64,000 nucleotides of DNA from a bacterium (GTDB taxonomy: Bacteria; Pseudomonadota; Alphaproteobacteria; SP197): NCBI GenBank assembly GCA_028821455.1, contig JAPPGE010000045.1:17339-81338 (forward strand), given 5' to 3'. The position numbers and the translations under genes were made by a program. Each line of letters opens with the position of its first letter. Positions within the stretch are counted from its first letter, which is position 1. Shown in pieces: positions 26,738-35,237 of the stretch. The notes beneath the pieces are model-generated. The model saw nothing but the letters and a program-made list of their open reading frames with translations, was not told the origin of the DNA and made no database searches.

Positions 26738-28053
26738 TCGCCCCGCCGCTCACCGGCGAGCATGGCGTCAAGGGCTGCCCGGCCAGCCCGGACAAGCATG
26801 TCGCGCAGAGGCCCATCGGCCAACGGGTCGATGGCATGCCGATGATCGTCAACAGGCGCCCAATGGGGATCGCCGGCCACGTCGGCCAGTTCCGAGCGTG
26901 CCTGTCGGAGAAGCTCCTGCGCTGCCTCTCCGCCCTCTTCAAGCGCGGCGAGACGGCGGGCCAGCAGTGCGGCCGGATCGCTGCCCTCGGCAATCCGGTG
27001 AAGGTTCCGTGCGGGTGTCATGGCCGGAACGATGCGGCTGTAGAAAACTGCCGTTCCGTCGACCGCGCGTCCGAGATCCGCCCAGTCACCCGAAGCCAGG
27101 CGCGTCATCACGTCCCCCTGGCAGGGGATCGAGCCGCCAAGGCGAGCCTTGAGGCCGAGCACCCGGGGCAGGGGGCCCTCGCCGGCAAGCTCGCGGCAGC
27201 GTGTCCCGGCCTCGGCAAGAAGCCGGTCCGCGACGTCGTCGGCGTCTTCGACACCGTCGTCGAGCGACACGGTGACCTCCTCCCAGCGAACCGGCGACAG
27301 CACCTCCTGGCGGAACTCCATCCGGCCATCGGAAAGAAGGGTGATGAGCCACGGACCACGAGGTCCCGTTTCCGAAGGATCGAGAGCTGCGAGTGATCCC
27401 AGATATCCGCAAGAACCACCAGCGAGGGAAGGTTTGTGGATGTGGCCGAGGAGCCATGCATCGCATCCAACATCGTCGAGTTCCGCCTGCCTTACCGGAG
27501 CGTAGGCACCTCCTGAAGCGCCAAGGTCAGCGTGGAGCAGACCGATTCGCGGAACATCTGCGCTCGTCCGTGCAGGAGGATGCCTGAGCAAGTCCGCAAC
27601 CGGACTCTGGCGGACCTCGCTGGTGGGGAAGGACCAGCCGATGATCTCGGCCACTGCCGCACCGTGGCGACTGACGACATGAGCCTGCCAGGTGCCGTCG
27701 GCGCCGAGCAAGCGGAAGCCGTCGACCAGGGACGCCATCCGGGGCAGTGCCTCGACGTCGTGGTTTCCGGCTACGGCAATCACCTCGATCCCGGCATCGA
27801 GAAGCCGCCTCGTACAGGCTTCGAGGGGAACCATCGCTTCGAAGCGGGCGTTGCTGCTGTCGACCACGTCGCCGGCGAAGAGGACGGCGGCGACATGCCT
27901 GTCGATCGCCAGGTCGGCGCAGCGTTCAAGGGTTGCGGCCGGCGTCAGGTCTGCCGGATCGATACCCCAGTCCATGACGGCATCGGGGATGCCGGAACAC
28001 CGGGTGCCGAGGTGAACGTCACCGATGGCCAGAAGTGTCGCGCTGTCGCTCAT
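26728..28053 (-). CDS. Mre11/SbcD-like calcineurin-fold metallophosphoesterase (YhaO-like DNA exonuclease)
   Basis: GDVHLG, FAGDVVD, VAGNHD and LLGHIH phosphoesterase motifs. 441 aa. 10-nt overlap with the downstream ATPase start. Confidence 0.8.
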   Translation of the reverse strand: MSDSATLLAIGDVHLGTRCSGIPDAVMDWGIDPADLTPAATLERCADLAIDRHVAAVLFAGDVVDSSNARFEAMVPLEACTRRLLDAGIEVIAVAGNHDVEALPRMASLVDGFRLLGADGTWQAHVVSRHGAAVAEIIGWSFPTSEVRQSPVADLLRHPPARTSADVPRIGLLHADLGASGGAYAPVRQAELDDVGCDAWLLGHIHKPSLAGGSCGYLGSLAALDPSETGPRGPWLITLLSDGRMEFRQEVLSPVRWEEVTVSLDDGVEDADDVADRLLAEAGTRCRELAGEGPLPRVLGLKARLGGSIPCQGDVMTRLASGDWADLGRAVDGTAVFYSRIVPAMTPARNLHRIAEGSDPAALLARRLAALEEGGEAAQELLRQARSELADVAGDPHWAPVDDHRHAIDPLADGPLRDMLVRAGRAALDAMLAGERRGECT

Positions 28054-28142
28054 GTCCCCTCGCGTTGGTCGGCCCCGGATTGTGGCCGCCGCCGATCATG
28101 TCTAGATTGACACCTCCACAGGCACCGGCAAGAGGGACATTC

Positions 28143-28622
28143 ATGAAGGGTAATCCAGAGGTCGTCGGATTTCTGAACAGGGTTCTGAAGAACGAGCTCA
28201 CGGCGATCAACCAGTACTTTCTTCACTCGCGCATCCTCAAGGACTGGGGGGTCACCCGCCTGGCTGAACACAACCACAGGGAATCCCTGGAGGAAATGCA
28301 GCACGCCGACAGCCTGATCGAGCGGATTCTCTTCCTCGAGGGTCTGCCCAATCTCCAGGAGCTCGGCAAGCTGATGATCGGCGAGGACGTAAAGGAGATC
28401 CTGGAGTGTGATCTGAAGCTCGAGTACGCCGCCGTGCCTGTGCTGCGTGACGGGATTGCCTGCTGCGAAAGCAACAGCGACTTCGTCAGCCGCAACCTGT
28501 TACGTGACATCCTGCTGGCCGAGGAGGAACATATCGACTGGCTCGAAACACAGCTCGGCCTCATCGAGAAAACGGGAATCGAGAACTACATCCAGCTGCA
28601 GAGCCAGCCCGCCGCCGGTTGA
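28143..28622 (+). CDS. bfr: Bacterioferritin
   Basis: MKGNPEVVGFLNRVLKNELTAINQYFLHSRILKDWG...EEEHIDWLETQL. ATG 28143 is preceded by AAGAGGGA. The track ORF start at 28035 is an upstream extension. Confidence 0.95.
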   Translation: MKGNPEVVGFLNRVLKNELTAINQYFLHSRILKDWGVTRLAEHNHRESLEEMQHADSLIERILFLEGLPNLQELGKLMIGEDVKEILECDLKLEYAAVPVLRDGIACCESNSDFVSRNLLRDILLAEEEHIDWLETQLGLIEKTGIENYIQLQSQPAAG

Positions 28623-28623
28623 G

Positions 28624-28833
28624 TCACCTATCCAGGGGGTGTGGTTCCACGCGCCGTTGATCCGGGTGACCGCCGCGGACGAGGTCGATGAGCGCCTGGG
28701 CGTCCTCCAGACACTGCCCGCACCGGGGGCCGGAGCCAAGCATGGCATAGGCCTGGCGAGCGCAATGAACGCCCGATTGCGCGATGCTGGCAATGTCGCG
28801 TTCACGATAGGCGTTGCAGATGCAGATGAACAC
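28624..28833 (-). CDS. bfd: Bacterioferritin-associated [2Fe-2S] ferredoxin
   Basis: GTG start gives VFICICNAYRERDI...GPRCGQCLEDA (C-x-C...C-x-x-C BFD motif). Convergent with bfr. Confidence 0.8.
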   Translation of the reverse strand: MFICICNAYRERDIASIAQSGVHCARQAYAMLGSGPRCGQCLEDAQALIDLVRGGHPDQRRVEPHPLDR

Positions 28834-28870
28834 CCTTGTCTCACTTGAAGGGACCGGGAGGCATGCTGAC

Positions 28871-28894
28871 TGCAATTGCAAATGATTGTCAATC
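28871..28894. promoter_or_regulatory. Palindromic Fur-box-like operator candidate upstream of bfd
   Basis: TGCAATTGCAAATGATTGTCAATC lies about 40-60 nt upstream of the bfd start. It contains the perfect 10-bp palindrome TGCAATTGCA, the ATTG-T-CAAT palindrome and an AATGAT core like the Fur consensus. bfd is classically iron-regulated. Confidence 0.4.
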
Positions 28895-28914
28895 CCGAAA
28901 TCGGTCCTGGCCGG

Positions 28915-29439
28915 TCATTCACCGTCAACGGCTGCGTCGAGTGCCCTTCGGTGGATATCGGCGGCATCGGCATCCACACAGGCCAGCAGGATTCGGTGAA
29001 GCGTGCTGCCTTCCTCGAGATGATGGCGGATTGCGGTTACGGCCGTCAGGGCGGCGAGGTGGAGGGGGTAGCCGTAGGCGCCCGTGCTGATGGCCGGAAA
29101 GGCGATCGATCGAAGCCCCTGCTTCACGGCGATGTCACAGCAACGGCGATAGCAGCTCGAAAGCAGCGCCTCCTCACCGCTCGTTCCGCCCTGCCAGACA
29201 GGGCCCACGGTGTGAATGACAAAACGGCTTGGCAGGTTCCAGCCGCCGGTCAGTTTCGCATCACCGGTCTCACACCCTCCGAGTGTGCGGCACTCCTCGA
29301 GCAGGCGGTGCCCTGCGGCCCGGTGAATGGCGCCGTCGACGCCACCACCGCCGAGCAGCGTGCTGTTGGCGGCATTGACGATGGCATCGACGGCAAGCGT
29401 GGTGATGTCGCCTTCGAAGACCTCGATCCGTTCGCGCAT
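28915..29439 (-). CDS. Macro-domain protein (O-acetyl-ADP-ribose deacetylase, YmdB-like)
   Basis: Start at MRERIEVFEGDITTLAVDAIVNAANSTLLGGGGVDGAIHRAAG. FPAISTGAYGYP. Confidence 0.9.
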   Translation of the reverse strand: MRERIEVFEGDITTLAVDAIVNAANSTLLGGGGVDGAIHRAAGHRLLEECRTLGGCETGDAKLTGGWNLPSRFVIHTVGPVWQGGTSGEEALLSSCYRRCCDIAVKQGLRSIAFPAISTGAYGYPLHLAALTAVTAIRHHLEEGSTLHRILLACVDADAADIHRRALDAAVDGE

Positions 29440-29670
29440 GCGCCCCTCTCCCAAATGTCCCTGTCTGCGCGTCCCAGGCGCTGCCACGCCGTGGCACCGG
29501 CCTCATTTGCAGAGCCACGCTGCGCTCCTGGAGCGGTGCAGAGCACGGCCCGCATGCCCAGTATCGTGCCGGATCTGGCCGGGGTCGACCTCTCCGTGTT
29601 GAATGCCGCGACGAAGAGCGTCGGCCGATGCGCGTCGAGCAGGCGATGTGTGGGTCGAGCGCTGCCGCCA

Positions 29671-30273
29671 TCAATCCGAGTAGTCCGTTTCGACAAGGCT
29701 GTAGTCACCGGCCGAGATCCGGACTATTGCGTCCTGTGGCGCAGGGAAACCGAGAAACGCCTCAGGATTGAGTCCGCAGGCCGCGGCGACGAACATCCGA
29801 TTGAACACGCCGTGGGCGATGATGACCGTCTCGTCGCCGAGATCGACGGCCGCCAGCCACGCGCTTGCCCGCTCGAAGACATCGCGACAGCATTCACCTC
29901 CGGGCGCGGCGTTCCGGAACGGGTCAGAGAGCCGACGCTCCCAGGCCTGTCGGTCATGCTGCACCGCCTCGGTCGCCGTCATGCCCACGAAGCTGCCGTC
30001 ATCAATCTCGATCAGCCTGTCGTCGAACCGGACCGTTTCCAGGGATCGTCCCAGGGCGTCGCAGACCAGGCTGCAGCTTTGACGTGCGCGGCCGAGTGGA
30101 CTGCACCAGATGGGCACCGTCCCGGGCTCGGTCACCAGCGTTGCGAGCAGGCGCCCCATGGCGCTTGCCTGTTCTGCACCGCGACGGGTCAGATGCGAAT
30201 CCTGCTGGCCCTGCATCCGGCCAGTCCGATTCCACTCCGTCTCGCCGTGCCGCAATAGATAGATGACGCCCAT
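29671..30273 (-). CDS. Histidine phosphatase superfamily (PhoE/GpmB/CobC-like) protein
   Basis: MGVIYLLRHGETEWN (RHG catalytic motif) and a later IIAHG. The track ORF 29671..30630 has an implausible N-terminal extension. Confidence 0.85.
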   Translation of the reverse strand: MGVIYLLRHGETEWNRTGRMQGQQDSHLTRRGAEQASAMGRLLATLVTEPGTVPIWCSPLGRARQSCSLVCDALGRSLETVRFDDRLIEIDDGSFVGMTATEAVQHDRQAWERRLSDPFRNAAPGGECCRDVFERASAWLAAVDLGDETVIIAHGVFNRMFVAAACGLNPEAFLGFPAPQDAIVRISAGDYSLVETDYSD

Positions 30274-30576
30274 GAATTCTCCATTGGGGCAGACTCGCCA
30301 TGACCCGCACGCGCCAGGGCGGCGTGACGTGGTCCGAACAGAGCGTCGGACAGACCATTGGAAGCGTGTTCCGTGCGTTCTGCCTCTAACCGCATCGCGT
30401 GACAAGGGCGACGGCACATTCTGCTTCGCCGATTGGCGCCATGTGGAGTCCGTCATCGAAGGAGGAGTCCGCGAGGTTGTTGCGCGGTGGCCACCGCTTC
30501 GGCCCAATATGCAGGGGGAGGAGAGAGTGCCTGCATTCCCTTGCCGGACCGTGCGCCGGGACGGTAGTTTCGGGCC

Positions 30577-31767
30577 ATGACACGGACGGACGCCATCAGG
30601 CTCCACCTCAATGACCCGCAGGCGCGGCAAAGAGCCTATGGCGAGTCACAGGCACGCGTGATGTCGCGGGCCACGCGCGATGTCGCAAGGCAGGCGATCG
30701 CGTGCTGGCAGGGCTATGCTCCCACGCCTCTCGTCGATCTCCCGGGACTTGCGTCGCACCTTGGCATTGGCGGTCTGAGGATCAAGTACGAAGGCCGCCG
30801 TTTCGGTCTTGGAAGTTTCAAGGCCCTCGGCGGCGCCTATGGCGTGCTGCGGGTGCTCGCCCGGGAAACCGGCCGCACCATGGATGACATCATGGCAGGA
30901 CGCGTCCGGGACGCCGTTGCCGGTGTCACGGTGTGCTGCGCCACGGACGGCAATCACGGAAGGGCTGTGGCATGGGGGGCAGGACTGGCCGGCGCCCGTT
31001 GCGTCATCTACCTCCACGATCATGTCAGTCAGGGGCGCGAAGACGCGATCGCGGCCTACGGCGCCGACATCGTCAGGGTGAACGGAACCTACGACGACTC
31101 GGTCCTGAAGGCTGCAGAGGATGCCGGGAGCCGAGGCTGGATCGTTCTCTCGGATACATCGTGGCCCGGTTACGAGGACATTCCCTCCTGGGTGATGCAG
31201 GGCTACACGGTGCTCACAGCCGAGGCGATGGAGCAGATGGCCGAACGCCGGCCAAGCCACGTCTTCATCCAGGCGGGTGTCGGCGGACTGGCCGCGGCTG
31301 TGGCGGGGCCGATGTGGGAGGACTGGGGGAGCGCGCGGCCGCTGACAGTGGTTGTCGAGCCACACGCGGCCGACTGCGTTTACCAGAGCGCCGTTCACGG
31401 CCGCCCGACCGAGGGCTCGGGGTCTCTCGACACCGTCATGGCCTGTCTTTCCGCCGGGACGATATCACCGCTCGCCTGGGACATCCTGGAGTGCGGGGCC
31501 GATGCCTTCGTCACCATTGCCGACCGGTACTCGCCGCAAGCGATGGTGATGCTTGCGAACGACGCCGAAGCGCCTCTGGTCGCAGGCGAGTCGGGCGCCG
31601 CCGGTCTGGCCGGTCTGCTTGCGGCGCTGGAAGAGAGCGATGTTGGCCAGGCACTGGGACTGGACCGTGCGAGCGATGTTCTTCTCGTTGCCAGCGAAGG
31701 AGCGACGGATCCGAAGATCTACACCAGGATTGTCGGGCGCCGGCCGGAAGAGGTGCCGGGTGGTTGA
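30577..31767 (+). CDS. Diaminopropionate ammonia-lyase-like PLP enzyme (fold-type II)
   Basis: YEGRRFGLGSFKALGGAYGV (PLP lysine context), ATDGNHGRAVAW. 396 aa. Confidence 0.7.
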   Translation: MTRTDAIRLHLNDPQARQRAYGESQARVMSRATRDVARQAIACWQGYAPTPLVDLPGLASHLGIGGLRIKYEGRRFGLGSFKALGGAYGVLRVLARETGRTMDDIMAGRVRDAVAGVTVCCATDGNHGRAVAWGAGLAGARCVIYLHDHVSQGREDAIAAYGADIVRVNGTYDDSVLKAAEDAGSRGWIVLSDTSWPGYEDIPSWVMQGYTVLTAEAMEQMAERRPSHVFIQAGVGGLAAAVAGPMWEDWGSARPLTVVVEPHAADCVYQSAVHGRPTEGSGSLDTVMACLSAGTISPLAWDILECGADAFVTIADRYSPQAMVMLANDAEAPLVAGESGAAGLAGLLAALEESDVGQALGLDRASDVLLVASEGATDPKIYTRIVGRRPEEVPGG

Positions 31768-32257
31768 CTGCAAGCTCCTGTCCTGTCTGGCTGTGGTCCT
31801 GGCATTGCTTGTCGCGGTGCCGGCCAAGGGCGACGATTCCGGACGCATTACGGCGGCTCAGCAGGCTCTCAAGGTGATGGGCTACGACCCCGGACCCGTC
31901 GATGGCGCCATGGGGGAGAACACCCGACGCGCGCTGGAAGCGTTTCAGGAGGAGTTCGGCCTTGCCGTCGACGGCAGCATCGATGACGCGCTGCTCAAGA
32001 GGCTTCACGCAGAGGCCGCCCTCGACGCGGCGTCACCGGAGAGGCGGTTGGCCCGCAAGGGATTGCTGCGCAGCTACACGCGGGCGGTGCAGGACGGGCT
32101 GCATGATCTGGGTTTTGACCCCGGTCCCGTCGACGGGGTGGTCGGCCCGTTGACCAGGAAGGCCGTGCGCGCCTTTCAGGCGGAGGCCGAGATCGATGTG
32201 TCGGGGATCATCTCACCGCAACTCCTCCAGGCCATCAACCATGCGAGGGGCCTGTGA
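31760..32257 (+). CDS. Secreted protein with two PG_binding_1 (peptidoglycan-binding) repeats, no catalytic domain
   Basis: GTG 31760 (8-nt overlap with the upstream stop) gives VVDCKLLSCLAVVLALLVAVPAKG, a signal-like N-terminus. Two repeats of GxDPGPVDGxxGxxTRxAxxAFQ follow. Confidence 0.65.
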   Translation: MVDCKLLSCLAVVLALLVAVPAKGDDSGRITAAQQALKVMGYDPGPVDGAMGENTRRALEAFQEEFGLAVDGSIDDALLKRLHAEAALDAASPERRLARKGLLRSYTRAVQDGLHDLGFDPGPVDGVVGPLTRKAVRAFQAEAEIDVSGIISPQLLQAINHARGL

Positions 32258-32895
32258 CCTCTCCCTTCTACCCGGGCCTCGCTGCAGCCGACCGGGACGA
32301 CCGGCTTCATGCACCGGCGGCAGATCGCAACTGCGGGCCCATTCTCGACATCCTCAATTGCTACTGCGGAAGCGGCACCAGGGTACTGGAAATCGCCAGC
32401 GGCCCGGGTCAGCACGTCACCCGTTTCGCCACATCCCGTCCCGACGTCCTCTGGCAACCCAGCGATCCGGACGAACGCATGCGGGCAAGCGAATCCGCCT
32501 GGACAGGACCGCTGCCCAACGTTGCGCCTCCCCTTGCCCTCAATGTTCTCGACGAAGCGTGGTGGGACCGGCTTGACGGGGAATTCGGGCTCGTCCTTTG
32601 CATCAACATGCTCCACTGCACGGAACGCACCACGGTAGAGGGACTCGCTGCCGGCGCCGGGTGCCTGCTCCCGTCCGGCGCCCATCTCCTCATTTACGGC
32701 CCCTTCACATTCAATGGCGAGTTTGGCGCCAGGAGCAACAGGAACTTCGATGCCATGCTGCGTCAGCAGCATCCGGGGTGGGGACTGCGCGATGTCAACG
32801 ACATTGCGGCCACGGCGCACGATTACGGCCTCGATTTGGAACGCGTTGTCGCGATGCCGTCGAACAACCACATGCTGGTCCTCCGACGTCGCTGA
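32254..32895 (+). CDS. DUF938-family SAM-dependent methyltransferase-like protein
   Basis: HAPAADRNCGPILDIL...VLEIASGPGQHVTRFATSRPDVLWQPSDPD is the DUF938 hallmark. ATGA overlap with the upstream gene. Confidence 0.8.
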   Translation: MTSPFYPGLAAADRDDRLHAPAADRNCGPILDILNCYCGSGTRVLEIASGPGQHVTRFATSRPDVLWQPSDPDERMRASESAWTGPLPNVAPPLALNVLDEAWWDRLDGEFGLVLCINMLHCTERTTVEGLAAGAGCLLPSGAHLLIYGPFTFNGEFGARSNRNFDAMLRQQHPGWGLRDVNDIAATAHDYGLDLERVVAMPSNNHMLVLRRR

Positions 32896-32918
32896 ACCAC
32901 CCCCCGCGACGATCCGGA

Positions 32919-34190
32919 ATGACGCCTGATGACAGGCCCGGGCACGAGGCTATGATGGTTGGCGGGGTCGAGACCGGATCAGAGAGCATGGCGGAACTAG
33001 GGCGGTTCTTTCCCGATGCGGAGTACCAGGCGCGATGGCGGGAGGTCGAAGGCGAGATGACCCGGCGCGGTCTGGAGACAGTGGTTGTCTTCGGGCGCTC
33101 GGGCGGGACCAACGATCGTTGTGGCGACGTACTCTGGCTCACCAACTTCTTCTCGACGGCGTCAGGCCAGGGTTATGATTCCTTCCTGTTCGAAGGACGC
33201 TCGTTCAACGCAGTGCTGCTTCGCCGCGGCGAGGAACCCGAACTCCACGCCGATGAACCGGGGCTGCGGCGCGAACTCATCGCGACGCCAAGAGTCCTGT
33301 CATCCAACACTCCGTTTCGCAGTGTCACGCAAGCGCTGGTCGAACGCGGCGTGACGGGTCCGGTGGGGCTTGTCGGGAGCGATGTCATCCCCTTGCGCTA
33401 CTGGAACGTCATGCGCCAGTGCGCGCCGTCTATCGACTGGGTCATCGAGGATGATCTCGTGCTGAGCTGCCGACGCATCAAGTCCTCCCTTGAACAGGAC
33501 GCCATGCGTATCGCCGGAGCGACGGCGAGCCGGGCGCTGACCCGATTCGTCGAGGGACTGATCATGGGGCGGCCTGAAGCCGAGGCGGCTTCGGAGGCGG
33601 CGCGCGAGGTGGTGCGATCGGGCGGCACAATCCACATGCTGCCCTGTTGCCACGGCGATCTCATCAACCAGTTCGTCGCCAATCCGATTGCCGCCTACAC
33701 CTTCGAGGCGCCCCGGGAGGGCGATCTGGTGCGCGCCTGGGTCTATGGCCCGATGTTCGAGGGCTATTACCAGGATCCGGGGCGGACCACGGTCTGCGGC
33801 AGAAAACCGCGATCGTCGGAACAGAAGGAGATGGTGGAGACCGGCGCCAGAATTGTCGAGGCGGTGATGGAGCAGATTCGCCCGGGCGCCCGGGTGAGGG
33901 ATGTGGCCCGCCACGGCCTGCAACTGTCACGGCAGTACGGGGCTGAATCCAACCAGATGGCGGAGAAGTGGCCGCACTTCGGACATGGCCTTGGCCTCTT
34001 CTTCGAGAAGCCCTATATCGGCGTCGACATGTGCGACGATGACGACATCTTCGAGGAGGGGATGGCGATCGGCGTTGAGGCCTTTTTCGGCCTGCCGGGC
34101 CTCGGAAGTGCGGGTTTCGAGCAGAACATGCTGGTCACCGGAAGAGGAATCGAGATCCTCTCGACGCTGCCCATGATCTGGTGGGATTGA
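32919..34190 (+). CDS. M24-family hydrolase paralog (creatinase/prolidase-like) lacking the first Asp metal ligand by eye. Start uncertain: ATG 32919 or 32988.
   Basis: GDLVRAWVYGPMFEGYYQDPGRT (D1 position is V, D2 retained), FGHGLGL, GVEAF and GFEQNMLVT. The track ORF from 32598 overlaps the DUF938 gene. Confidence 0.7.
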   Translation: MTPDDRPGHEAMMVGGVETGSESMAELGRFFPDAEYQARWREVEGEMTRRGLETVVVFGRSGGTNDRCGDVLWLTNFFSTASGQGYDSFLFEGRSFNAVLLRRGEEPELHADEPGLRRELIATPRVLSSNTPFRSVTQALVERGVTGPVGLVGSDVIPLRYWNVMRQCAPSIDWVIEDDLVLSCRRIKSSLEQDAMRIAGATASRALTRFVEGLIMGRPEAEAASEAAREVVRSGGTIHMLPCCHGDLINQFVANPIAAYTFEAPREGDLVRAWVYGPMFEGYYQDPGRTTVCGRKPRSSEQKEMVETGARIVEAVMEQIRPGARVRDVARHGLQLSRQYGAESNQMAEKWPHFGHGLGLFFEKPYIGVDMCDDDDIFEEGMAIGVEAFFGLPGLGSAGFEQNMLVTGRGIEILSTLPMIWWD

Positions 34191-34200
34191 CCCGCCTGTC

Positions 34201-35232
34201 TCACGATTCCTCACCGACATCGCGCCGCACGAGATCCTGGAAAGCCGCGGTGTGGCTTTCCATGACGGGGGAAAGAACGCCGCTTTCCCATGCTTGGGCT
34301 TCGAGATTGCGCTGGACCGATTCGCATATGGCGAGGTCCTCCTCGACGATGGTCCTGGCCCAGGCGAAGCTGTCCGCGGCGTCGCCTTCGCTCATGGAAG
34401 GCTCGTACCACGCCCAGCTGATGGAACGCAGACTGCAAGGGCCTGTCGGTTCGATCCGCTCGGCCTTGAATCCGGTGGCGCCGAGGACACCCTGGAAACC
34501 GGGATAGCGCCAGAACCAGATACCCTCTCCGCCTCGCAGGCCGGCACCGTCCCCGCGGTAGGTGACGTGGAAGACCACAAGGCGGTGATCATCGTAGCTG
34601 CGGATGGTGACCTTCTGGGTTTCGAGTGATTGCGCGAGACGTTCGTGAATGAAGGGCAGGTGGTAGCCCTCCAGGGTATTGTCGCAATAGGTCTTCCAGT
34701 TGGCGTGGCCCTCCACCGTGAAATCCCCCCGGTAGGAGAATGCGCTCGTTTCCGGCCATGGTTGCGCAAGGGAGGGAAGGGAGCCCAGCCAGGTGCGGAG
34801 CGGGGGCGTGGCTGCATCGATGGCGATGAAGACACATCCCCGCCAGGTTGCCACAGCCACCGGCCGCAGAGCCATGGCGTCGCCTCCCAGGTCTTCGCCG
34901 AACCGTGGCGCCAGCGCGAGAGTGCCATCAAGTTCATAGGTCCAGCCGTGATAGGGACAGACAAGCCGTGCCGGGCAGGAACCGGTGCCGTCAGGCAACA
35001 AGGAGGCACCACGGTGACGACAGTGGTTATGGAAGGCGCGCAGGTCTCCGCCACGATCCTTCAGCACGACAACGGGCCAGCCGTTCACCGTGCGCGCCGC
35101 CCAGGTTCCCGGGCGCTCCACCTCGTGTTCGGGCCCGAAGAGAGACCAGTTACGGGCAAAGATGGCGTCGCGTTCCCGGCGCGCCGTCACCGGTGACGTG
35201 TACCAGGAGGCTGGAAGCGTAGGCCGCGCCAT
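34201..35232 (-). CDS. Rieske-type non-heme iron oxygenase alpha subunit (choline-monooxygenase/GbcA-like)
   Basis: Start MARPTLPASWYTS. Canonical CRHRGASLL...CPYHGWTY Rieske boxes. NTLEGYHLPFIHE iron motif. Confidence 0.8.
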   Translation of the reverse strand: MARPTLPASWYTSPVTARRERDAIFARNWSLFGPEHEVERPGTWAARTVNGWPVVVLKDRGGDLRAFHNHCRHRGASLLPDGTGSCPARLVCPYHGWTYELDGTLALAPRFGEDLGGDAMALRPVAVATWRGCVFIAIDAATPPLRTWLGSLPSLAQPWPETSAFSYRGDFTVEGHANWKTYCDNTLEGYHLPFIHERLAQSLETQKVTIRSYDDHRLVVFHVTYRGDGAGLRGGEGIWFWRYPGFQGVLGATGFKAERIEPTGPCSLRSISWAWYEPSMSEGDAADSFAWARTIVEEDLAICESVQRNLEAQAWESGVLSPVMESHTAAFQDLVRRDVGEES

Positions 35233-35237
35233 GGTGT

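Noticed and set aside
23309-28053. Calling the ATPase/phosphoesterase pair plain sbcC/sbcD
   Set aside because: There is no CxxC zinc hook. A membrane hairpin sits mid-coil and an extra C-terminal domain is present. I therefore left the gene symbols empty and treated it as a distinct YhaN/YhaO-like type.
28105-28142. TTGACA hexamer upstream of bfr as a -35 promoter element
   Set aside because: There is no acceptable -10 hexamer at 16-19 nt spacing. The downstream AAGAGGGA is better explained as the RBS.
28915-29439. Macro-domain protein as a DarG-type antitoxin
   Set aside because: It is a short stand-alone YmdB-like macro domain. No DarT/DUF4433-like ORF is adjacent and no second domain is present.
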